NCBI GenBank assembly: GCA_027320085.1
Contig: DAHVLZ010000026.1
Coordinates: 1-19,617, forward strand
Direction: 5' to 3'
Source: Pseudomonadota bacterium
GTDB lineage: Bacteria > Pseudomonadota > Gammaproteobacteria > JAKAQQ01
Length of the DNA: 19,617 nt
This document shows positions 1-7,153 of the stretch, piece by piece (position 1 is the first letter of the stretch; each line of letters starts with the position of its first letter). Below the pieces are notes generated by a model. It did not search any database, had not been told where the DNA came from, and worked only from the letters and a program-made list of their open reading frames with translations. The position numbers and the translations under genes are program-made.

Positions 1-75
1 CTCGCCTCCGGGCGCACCACGCGTTCCTTCCGCCGACCCCGGTACAATCCCACCCCTCTTCGATTCATTCAGCAT
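1..75 (-). CDS. 5' part of a putative transposase OrfA (MLNESKRGGIVPGSAEGTRGAPGGE...), truncated by window edge
   Basis: ATG at 75 with AAGGAG 7 nt upstream; open to position 1; lies just inside the putative IS end. Only 25 codons are visible. Confidence 0.4.
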   Translation of the reverse strand, partial: MLNESKRGGIVPGSAEGTRGAPGGE

Positions 76-141
76 TTCACGGCTCCTTTTCAAACACGAT
101 TTAACCCCAAATTCGTGTCCAAGAAAACCGGATCCGCCTCA
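1..141 (-). mobile_element. Probable left end (IRL) of an IS3-family-like insertion sequence; element continues off the left edge
   Basis: Minus strand from 141 reads TGAGGCGGATCCGGTTTTCTTGGACAC, matching the TGA...GGACAC pattern recalled for IS3-family ends. It is followed by AAGGAG (88-83) and an ATG at 75 opening a frame that leaves the window. Confidence 0.55.
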
Positions 142-268
142 TCAATGCGTTTCCACAGCAGAATGTTGAGCAACGGCATGTGACATCGGTTCGCTGCTTC
201 GGAGGACAACTGATAGATCCGTATGAGCAAAACACGCAGCAATCTCCGGCTTTGGGCTTTAGAAGCGC

Positions 269-499
269 ATGGCAGTGCGTGCATTCATATTGTTCGAACT
301 GGAGGATCTTCCCTGCCGGGCGGCCAAGGACTTTTCCGACATCAAGGTTGCCTTACGATCCAAGGGCAAACCCATCGGACCCGATGATCTGCGGATTGCC
401 GCGCATGCGCGCCATGTCCGCGCAACGGTGGTCACCAGCAACGCACGCGAATTTCGCCGCGTGCCGGGCCTTTCTGTGGAGAATTGGCTGAGGCCGTAG
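269..499 (+). pseudogene. vapC: VapC PIN-domain toxin, C-terminal half only
   Basis: IKVALRSKGKPIGPDDLRIAAHARHVRATVVTSNAREFRRVPGLSVENW is the canonical VapC C-terminus (GxPIGxxDxxIAAHA...LVTxNxREFxRVPGLxxENW). There is an in-frame TAG at 260-262 and no N-terminal LDTN motif in frame. Confidence 0.8.
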
Positions 500-731
500 G
501 CACCGATGCAGGTCGCCGGACACGCGGGATGATCGACCCAGATCGGCCCGCGGCTCGGTGTCCTGGGTTCGCATCGACGATTTGAAGGCTCGATTGAAGT
601 CTGGAAATTACCAGATTGCCTGGGGGCAACTCGTGAATCGACGTGAGCACATGGGCGAGCGACGGCATACGACCCGCTGAAGCATGTTGGCTTCTCTCGT
701 AAAGTCCAGAACCCCTTGATCTGCTTCGGCC

Positions 732-830
732 TGGGACACCGCGAATGGCGAGGAGGCGGATCTCGTGATTGAAGAAGGCGGAAAACCCCTGCCGATCGAG
801 GTCGTGGTGACGTCCACTCGCCTGCCGCGG
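732..830 (+). pseudogene. Remnant of DUF4143 / AAA+ ATPase C-terminal PD-(D/E)XK-like segment
   Basis: Frame of 765 reads WDTANGEEADLVIEEGGKPLPIEV, resembling the YWRTxxGxEVDLVIExxxxxxPIEVK motif. Stop at 717-719 just upstream, and the final K is lost. Confidence 0.55.
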
Positions 831-906
831 GGTGGCTTTCCTTGGTTTTGCGAGGCCCGGCGCACGCCTGGGATGGGTTATCGGGAGCGGCGCGTGTCCT
901 GCGGTT

Positions 907-1200
907 CTAGCGGGTGCGACCCGGTCCTTTGGCGGGTGGATGCCCATCCCGTTTCTCCGGTGGTCCGAGCGATCGATGGGTCCCGTCGCAGAAAGGAGAC
1001 TGGCCGGTGTGCTTGCACCGGCAGAGGGCGACTGTTTTCTTTTCCCCAACCTCGAAGGACAGGGGGGAGAATTCCGTACCGCGGTGGGAACCATCACAGA
1101 AGGGCTGGTTCTGGGATAGCCCGCAGCGACACCACCAGTAGGTTCCGGGCTCCAGTTCGAGGACTGCGGGCGTGAGGGCGGCAATGTGAGCATCGACCAT
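907..1200 (-). CDS. CDGSH iron-sulfur domain protein (two CDGSH motifs; MiNT/CISD3-like)
   Basis: Two complete motifs, CRCGLSQNQPFCDGSH and CRCKHTGQSPFCDGTH. Confidence 0.93.
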   Translation of the reverse strand: MVDAHIAALTPAVLELEPGTYWWCRCGLSQNQPFCDGSHRGTEFSPLSFEVGEKKTVALCRCKHTGQSPFCDGTHRSLGPPEKRDGHPPAKGPGRTR

Positions 1201-1242
1201 GGGATCCCCTGATCAGTTGAAAGCCGGAAAACGGGATGGCCA
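941..1242. repeat. Imperfect ~20-bp inverted repeat (941-960 / 1224-1242) bracketing the CDGSH gene
   Basis: Reverse complement of 941-960 = CCGGAGAAACGGGATGGGCA; 1224-1242 = CCGGA-AAACGGGATGGCCA (one indel, one mismatch). Confidence 0.6.
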
Positions 1243-1446
1243 CGTTAGGCTAGCACGTCTTCCGGGGAGAAGGCATTTGGCCAGCCATCGCGACCGTGAT
1301 GGCATCGGCAGGGTAACGAGGGGCACACTGGCTGGAGCGCGTCCCCAACGGGCCGTGATTCCCCCCTTCCACCGTTCAGGGCACCGCGTGATGCCCGGTG
1401 CCGATGACCGGGTGATGGAGCGGACGAGCCGGGTTGGGCCGTCCGT

Positions 1447-2076
1447 CTAGGGTCTGGATCCGGCGGGCTTGGGTCCGTTCTTGCCGAAATGCAGGGCTTT
1501 CACGAGATGTCCCTTGTGGATGAACCATTCCGAGACGATCCGCCCGTGGTGGGTGACCTCGAGGGTATAACTCGTCCCCGGGGGCGGGAGTTTTGCAAAC
1601 AGGCGTCTCAGGTGGTTCGGATTGACTTCCAGGCCATCGGGTTGCTCATTGTCGATTTCGACGGGGATCATCCCCGTGTCGTGGGACAGGAAAAATTCCA
1701 TATTGGTCTCGCACCAGACCCCCTCGTGGGTCAGCACACGCGTGCTGAGGCTCGACGTGAACCGGCAAACCATCCGGTTCTGGTCCTTCATGGCTGTCTC
1801 CCACGGCCGTGACAGTGCCGACCGGAGGAGTTGGAGAGCGATGGGGAGCGGGAGCCGGTTGCCGATGACGGTGATCTTCTGGAGCCGGGTCGACCGGCGC
1901 CTGCCCGGTGCGGGGGGTCTTTTCGGCAGAGCCTGGGAAGCCGGGATCCGGATGATGAGCGGGGACTTCTGGGCCCGTGCCCAGACGGTGCCAGATAGCA
2001 GGAGTCCGATTGCAAGAGAGGTGACGAGGATCCGGCGGAAGCCGGATGCCTGATCCAGAACGCACTTCCGGTACAT
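1447..2076 (-). CDS. Secreted hypothetical protein (209 aa)
   Basis: AAGGAGG RBS before ATG 2076; Sec signal ...RRILVTSLAIGLLLSGTVWARA|Q; Pro/Arg linker; paired cysteines (MVCRF...VWCET). Confidence 0.7.
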   Translation of the reverse strand: MYRKCVLDQASGFRRILVTSLAIGLLLSGTVWARAQKSPLIIRIPASQALPKRPPAPGRRRSTRLQKITVIGNRLPLPIALQLLRSALSRPWETAMKDQNRMVCRFTSSLSTRVLTHEGVWCETNMEFFLSHDTGMIPVEIDNEQPDGLEVNPNHLRRLFAKLPPPGTSYTLEVTHHGRIVSEWFIHKGHLVKALHFGKNGPKPAGSRP

Positions 2077-2240
2077 CGCACATCCTCCTTCCCTCGAATT
2101 CCGGGGGTGTGTGCCGTACTTGAGTGATCCTATCACGATCGCGGGGAGGTGGTTTGACAGGGAGGGGGGCGTGGCCCAAAACTGGGCCGGTGGGGGGACG
2201 GACCGCTTCTCAACTCTCCCCGCCTCTTGGAGCAACAACC

Positions 2241-2741
2241 ATGAAAAGACCCGCCCGGCCGTCGCTTTCGGCCATCCTCTCGGGAGGACTCGTGGCCGGA
2301 ACCCTCGATATCGGTTCGGCCTCCCTCATCAACTGGATTCGTCCCGCAATCATCCTGAGGGCCGTTGCGAGCGGCCTCCTCGGTCCCGCCTCGTTCCACG
2401 ATGGCTTCTTTTCCGCCGTGCTCGGCTTGTTTCTGCAGTGGGTCCTGTCGATCCTCATCGCCGCCCTTTTTGTCGGGGCGGCCCTCCGGATCCGCGTGCT
2501 CCTCCGTCACTGGATCCTGGCCGGTCTTCTCTATGGCGGGGTTGTCTTCGTCGTCATGAACTACATCGTGGTGCCGCTTTCCCGGGCACCCTTCGGACCG
2601 TCCGGGTTCACGACGGCGAAAATCCTGGAGAACCTGGCCGCCATGCTGCTCTTCGGCTGGATCGTGGCTGCTTTCGCCCGGCTGTTTCTGGGGAGACGGG
2701 ATGATGGATCCTGCGCAGCCCACCCGGGTTCGGGAGACTGA
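2241..2741 (+). CDS. Conserved-type integral membrane protein (~4 TM, DUF1440-like)
   Basis: GGAG RBS before ATG 2241; hydrophobic segments with GGLVAGTLDI, VASGLLG, GLLYG..V..VMNYIVVPLS motifs. Confidence 0.75.
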   Translation: MKRPARPSLSAILSGGLVAGTLDIGSASLINWIRPAIILRAVASGLLGPASFHDGFFSAVLGLFLQWVLSILIAALFVGAALRIRVLLRHWILAGLLYGGVVFVVMNYIVVPLSRAPFGPSGFTTAKILENLAAMLLFGWIVAAFARLFLGRRDDGSCAAHPGSGD

Positions 2742-2921
2742 GCGAGGGAGGGCTGGCAGGGCGGACTCTCTTTATCCGCAAGGAACACGGTCAGTGTTGG
2801 CGCCAGGGAGGCTTGAGGGGGCTTGGGGAAGTGGACCGCGTCTGGGAGATCCGGGGCTTGCGGTCCATGGGCCCGTATAATGTGGCCGTATGGCTCAAGG
2901 CGAAAACCAAGAGGAGAAATC

Positions 2922-3179
2922 ATGTCAAGTCACGAAGTTCGCATCAAGATCGATCCCGTAGTCGTCATGAAGAAAGACTTTGAAGTTCAGATCAAGGAAA
3001 ACAATTCTAAAGTGGGAACCCTCCTGATCAGCAAGGGGAATATCGAATAGTTGCCCAAGGGAAACTCGGTCAATAAAAGACGACTCCCGTGGCGGGAGTT
3101 CGCGGAGGTCATGGATCAGTTCGGAAGACAGACCAGAAGTCGAAAGGGCACCAACGGAAAAGGGAAGCGCGAGACCTGA
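2922..3179 (+). pseudogene. Small hypothetical protein interrupted by in-frame TAG at 3048-3050
   Basis: GAGGAG RBS, ATG 2922. MSSHEVRIKIDPVVVMKKDFEVQIKENNSKVGTLLISKGNIE*LPKGNSVNKRRLPWREFAEVMDQFG... stays open and protein-like for 42 more codons to TGA 3177-3179. Confidence 0.65.
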
Positions 3180-3251
3180 GGAAGAGGCGCGGCACGGACT
3201 CTGAATCCTTTGGATCTGCCCGGACCCTCCCATGGGCGAAGATCTTTCCGA

Positions 3252-3462
3252 TACCCGGCTTCCGGGGAATACCGGCCCGGTCGGGGACTCCCCTCTTGTT
3301 TTGATGGAACCCCGGATCGCGCGTCCGGGTTCTCGGGCCGATTGCTGGCATGGCGCCTACCTGCCGTCTGCTGGATTCGGTTCCCGCATGGGGATTGTGT
3401 CCAGGGTTGGCCTGGAGGTCGCCTACCCGGCTTCCGGGGGATGCCGGACCGGTCGGGGACTC
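3252..3462. repeat. 39-bp direct repeat (3252-3290 and 3424-3462, 36/39 identical) with internal CCCGG-CTT-CCGGG hairpin
   Basis: TACCCGGCTTCCGGGGAATACCGGCCCGGTCGGGGACTC vs TACCCGGCTTCCGGGGGATGCCGGACCGGTCGGGGACTC. Confidence 0.85.
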
Positions 3463-3502
3463 TCCATCCAGGGAGGTGCCCTCCGTGATGCGCCTGGCCT
3501 CC

Positions 3503-4684
3503 TTATGGATCGGTCGAAAGACGGTTTCCGGAGGGGAGAGGGTCTCCTCCTCCCCGGATTCTCCTGCGCGACACGGACCAGGCGAGTGCCAGGAGGGGTA
3601 GCGCCCAGAGTGCGGAGAGCCGGTAGAGGGTGCCCAGCCGGAGCAGTGTCTGGAGCGGTCCCAGACCGAAGGAGCCGATCCCCTCACCCGCCATGAGCGC
3701 ACCCACGAGGAGCCCTGCGATTTCGGTCGACGCCGCGGGCTGGGCCTTCAAGGCATAGGACAGGGTGTAGGGATAGTAGATGCCGGTCGCCACTCCGGCC
3801 ACGGCGAAGGCGGCCACCAGCTCGGAGGGGCCCGAGAGGAGGGGAATCCCGAGAAAGCAGAGGGCGATCCCCACGGGGGAGGCGAGATAACAGCTGCGGC
3901 GTGACAGGATCCGGTCGGGAATCGCGCCCAGGAGGAGACGCGTTGCGGTCATGCTGGCCCAGAACAGGGACAGGGCGAGCGCGCCGTCGGCCACCGGGAG
4001 CGCGCGGTTCACGCTCACGAAGACGGCGGCCCAGCTGCCGAAACTTCCCTCCACGATGGCGTAGAACAGGACGGCCAGGGCGGCTGCGGTGGGGAGTCGC
4101 CAGGGTCTGGTTGCCGACGTCGGCCGGGCGGGGTCGGCCGGGACCGGAGCCAGGAGCAGGATGATCCAGGCGAGGGCGAGGAGGAGGGGCCAGCTGATCC
4201 ACCCGACGGGCTCCTCAAGGCCACGGAGGAGGAGCGGGGAGAGGGCGGTGGCACCGCCGATGACGGCGTTGAGCAGCGTGATCGCGCGTGTTTCCCCCTC
4301 CGGGAAAAGAGCGGCCGTGAGATGGTTGAGGGCGGTATTCGCGAATCCGAAGCCCAGCCCGAGAAAGATGGTCTCGGCGAGAACGGCACCATAGGCCACC
4401 CATCCGCGCGTGAAAAAGGCGGTCGAGAGTGCGGCCAGGGCCAGGAGGTTCGCGCCCGCTCCGCTCCTGAACAGTGCGGCTTCTCCGAAACGCCTTCGCA
4501 CCCTTCCCGCCAAAAGGGCACTCAGGATCGCGCCCAGGATCTCGGGGACATAGAGGAAGCCGTAGTCAGCGCTCGAGAAGTGGTAGGGGGCCTGCTCGAA
4601 GCTGGCCCCGAGTGCGGGCAGCAGCACGAATCCGGCACCGACCAGGAAGCCCGCGCCATAGAGGGTCCAGATGCCGCGTTTCAG
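3503..4684 (-). CDS. MFS transporter (sugar-porter, FucP/TsgA-like)
   Basis: About 12 hydrophobic helices from LKRGIWTLYGAGFLVG onwards; LAGRVRRRFG loop motif; FYAIVEGSFGSW; probable start overlaps the GMC stop (start uncertain). Confidence 0.85.
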   Translation of the reverse strand: MKRGIWTLYGAGFLVGAGFVLLPALGASFEQAPYHFSSADYGFLYVPEILGAILSALLAGRVRRRFGEAALFRSGAGANLLALAALSTAFFTRGWVAYGAVLAETIFLGLGFGFANTALNHLTAALFPEGETRAITLLNAVIGGATALSPLLLRGLEEPVGWISWPLLLALAWIILLLAPVPADPARPTSATRPWRLPTAAALAVLFYAIVEGSFGSWAAVFVSVNRALPVADGALALSLFWASMTATRLLLGAIPDRILSRRSCYLASPVGIALCFLGIPLLSGPSELVAAFAVAGVATGIYYPYTLSYALKAQPAASTEIAGLLVGALMAGEGIGSFGLGPLQTLLRLGTLYRLSALWALPLLALAWSVSRRRIRGGGDPLPSGNRLSTDP

Positions 4685-6195
4685 GGTAGTTCCCCCTGAG
4701 CCAGGCGTGCTGCCAGGTGGGCGCCCACGCGGAGGGCGTTGGCCATGACCGTGAGGGAAGGATTGACGGCGCTGATCGAGGGCATGAACGAGGCGTCGAC
4801 CACGTAAAGGTTGTCGAGGTCGTGGGCGCGGCAGAAAGGGTCGAGCGCGCTCGTGGCCGGATCCTCGCCAAACCGGATCGTGCCGGCCTGGTGGGCGGTT
4901 GCGGCGATGCCCATCGGCTGGAAAAAAACCAAAGGATAGCCCAGGCGTTTGAGGATGCGGCGCCAGGTGGCACAGAGCAGCCGATGACTCGAGCGGTTTT
5001 TGGGATTCCAGTGGAGATGGACGCGACCCCCGCCGTCCACGGTCACCCGGTTTTCCGGATCCGGCAGGTCCTCGGTCGTGAGCCACCAGTCGACCGAGTG
5101 ATGCGCGATCCAGCGAGCGAACAGGCGGGGCAGGCGGGGGTGTTCGGCCCGAAGCACGGCAGGGGTTACTTTGCCCAGGTTCTGGATGTGGCCCAAGGGG
5201 TAGGGGAAGTCCGGATCGCCCGAGTGGTCATAGAAGTCGTTGAGCCCGATGGTTTTCTGGAAGATCGTGGGGTTTGGGCGGTGGGGGTCGATCGCGAGAC
5301 AGGCACTGTTCAGGTGGCAGAGGTAGTTGCGGCCCACCTGGTCGCTGCTGTTGGCGAGCCCGTGCGGATGGGACTCGTTGGCCGAGGCCAGGAGGAGGGC
5401 CGCCGAGGGAATGGCACCGGTCGCAAGGGCCACGACGCGTGCGCGGAAGGGGCCCTGGGTGGTCTCGACGCTCTCGAGGTGCTGACCTTTTGACACGAGC
5501 CGCGTCACGCGGGCGTTCGTGACGAGCCGGACGTTGGGATGGGTGAGCGCCGGTGTCACGGCACAGACCTCCGCATCGCCCTTGGCGTGGACCAGGCAGG
5601 GAAAGCCGTCACAGGTGGGACAGCGGATGCAGGGGCTGGTCCGGGGATCCGACTCGTCCCGGTCGAGGGCCAGGGGCAGCGGGAAGGGATGGAGCCCAAG
5701 GGCGGTGAGGCGGCGGACCAGGTCGGCCAGGTAGGGTTCATGCGTGATCGGCGGATTCGGAAACGGATCCCGGGGTGGCTCCGTGGGATCCGCCCCGGCC
5801 TCGCCATGGGCGAAATACCAGCGCTCGGCCAGCGCGTAGTGGGGGGCGAGATCCGCGTAGCGGATCGGCCAGGCGGGCGTCGTCCCTTCACTATGACGGC
5901 GCGGCAGGAAATCACTCTCGCGTCGACGCAGGATGGCGGCCCCGTAGAACTTGGTGTTCCCGCCCACGTGGAATCCGGTCGTCGGCCGGAAAGGCCGTCC
6001 CCCACCGTCATGCCAGACCTCGGTCGTGTGGTAGCGGCGGGCCCGGAAGACTGCCTCCGCCTCCCAGTTGGGGGCCTCGCGCGGCAGGTACTCCCCGCGC
6101 TCGAGGATCAGGATGGACAGTCCCGTGGGCGCAAGCGCCCGTGCCAGCGTGCCGCCACCGGCGCCGCTGCCGATGATGAGAACATCCGCGTCCAT
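4681..6195 (-). CDS. GMC family FAD-dependent oxidoreductase
   Basis: IIGSGAGG FAD motif, VGGNTKFYGA, Cys cluster CIRCPTCDGFPC, catalytic HQAGT, VVDASFMP, NPSLT. Confidence 0.93.
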   Translation of the reverse strand: MDADVLIIGSGAGGGTLARALAPTGLSILILERGEYLPREAPNWEAEAVFRARRYHTTEVWHDGGGRPFRPTTGFHVGGNTKFYGAAILRRRESDFLPRRHSEGTTPAWPIRYADLAPHYALAERWYFAHGEAGADPTEPPRDPFPNPPITHEPYLADLVRRLTALGLHPFPLPLALDRDESDPRTSPCIRCPTCDGFPCLVHAKGDAEVCAVTPALTHPNVRLVTNARVTRLVSKGQHLESVETTQGPFRARVVALATGAIPSAALLLASANESHPHGLANSSDQVGRNYLCHLNSACLAIDPHRPNPTIFQKTIGLNDFYDHSGDPDFPYPLGHIQNLGKVTPAVLRAEHPRLPRLFARWIAHHSVDWWLTTEDLPDPENRVTVDGGGRVHLHWNPKNRSSHRLLCATWRRILKRLGYPLVFFQPMGIAATAHQAGTIRFGEDPATSALDPFCRAHDLDNLYVVDASFMPSISAVNPSLTVMANALRVGAHLAARLAQGELP

Positions 6196-6996
6196 CTAGC
6201 CGCCGTGGCGGAAGTCGGGATAGATGAGCATGCCACCGTCGATGGCCAGGGTCGTCCCCGTGATATAGCTCGCCTGATCGCTGGCGAGGAAGGCCGCCAC
6301 GTTGGCGATCTCGCGTGGCTGGCCGAGTCGGCCCATGGCGATTTTCTGATCCAGGTCCTTGAGGGAGGCTGGATCGCTCCACACGCTGCGGTTGATCGGC
6401 GTCTCGATCGCGCCCGGGGCGATGGCGATCACCCGGATGCCCTGATCGGCCACCTCCTGGGCCAGGGTCTTCGTGAACATGGACAGGCCGGCTTTGGCGC
6501 TCGCGTAGGCGCTGTAGCCTTCCCAGGGAATGAACTCGTGCACGGATGTGATGTTGAGGATCACGCCCTGTTTTTTGGGGATCATGCGCCGGAGGGCCTG
6601 GCGCGCACAGTAGTAGGGACCGAGGAGATCGATCCGGATCACGGTCTCCCAGGCACCGGGATCACTCTCGGCACAGGTGGCGTAAGGTCCATCGATCCCG
6701 GCATTGTTGACGAGGATGTCGAGCCCGCCGAAATCGCGGTCGAGGGCGGTGAAGAGGGCCTCGACCGCGGCCGGATCCGAGATGTCGGCCGGGTAAGCCG
6801 GAGCGGTGGCGCCGGGCCGGCTGAGCGAGCTGGCCAGATCCAGGGCGGCCTTCTGGTCGGCGGCATCGTGCGTCGAGCGGTAATGGATGGCGACCCGGGC
6901 CCCGGCCGCCGCCAGTGCCTCGGCCGTGGCCCGGCCGAGACCCGAGCTGGAACCGGTGACGAGCGCACGGCGCCCGCTGAGATCGATGCCGATCAT
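6196..6996 (-). CDS. SDR oxidoreductase, glucose 1-dehydrogenase-like
   Basis: TGSSSGLG, NNAG, SVHEFIPW (typical of glucose 1-dehydrogenases), YASAK catalytic motif, PGAIETPIN; GAGGA RBS before ATG 6996; stop abuts the GMC ATG. Confidence 0.9.
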   Translation of the reverse strand: MIGIDLSGRRALVTGSSSGLGRATAEALAAAGARVAIHYRSTHDAADQKAALDLASSLSRPGATAPAYPADISDPAAVEALFTALDRDFGGLDILVNNAGIDGPYATCAESDPGAWETVIRIDLLGPYYCARQALRRMIPKKQGVILNITSVHEFIPWEGYSAYASAKAGLSMFTKTLAQEVADQGIRVIAIAPGAIETPINRSVWSDPASLKDLDQKIAMGRLGQPREIANVAAFLASDQASYITGTTLAIDGGMLIYPDFRHGG

Positions 6997-7153
6997 GATG
7001 AAGTCCTCTGCCATGGGGTGATGATCCGGTTCATTGTAGCGCGTGGCCCGGGGTCTCTCGGGTTCCAGCCCGCCGGAACGGCTAGAATCCCGGGATGCGA
7101 TGAACGCTGCGATGCTCCCGGATGGGGTCCGGACTGTCGTTTGGAGGTGCCTG

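Noticed and set aside
90-284. Minus-strand ORF containing VFLDTN (PIN-like) and a weak IS5-like LLRVLL segment
   Set aside because: LDTN is at the ORF's C-terminus, on the strand opposite vapC, and is encoded by the putative IS terminal repeat; the IS5 resemblance is too weak to call.
1244-1250. GTTAGGC integron attC core site
   Set aside because: No matching RYYYAAC inverse core at a suitable distance, and no integrase or other cassettes.
2858-2881. Full sigma70 promoter TTGCGG...TATAAT
   Set aside because: The spacer is only 12 bp, so only the -10 is supported.
3048-3050. Genome-wide amber recoding or pyrrolysine
   Set aside because: TAG terminates the SDR gene exactly before the next ATG, and there is no pyl machinery in the window.
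3252-3462. CRISPR array
   Set aside because: Only two good copies with a 133-bp gap, and no cas genes or AT-rich leader.
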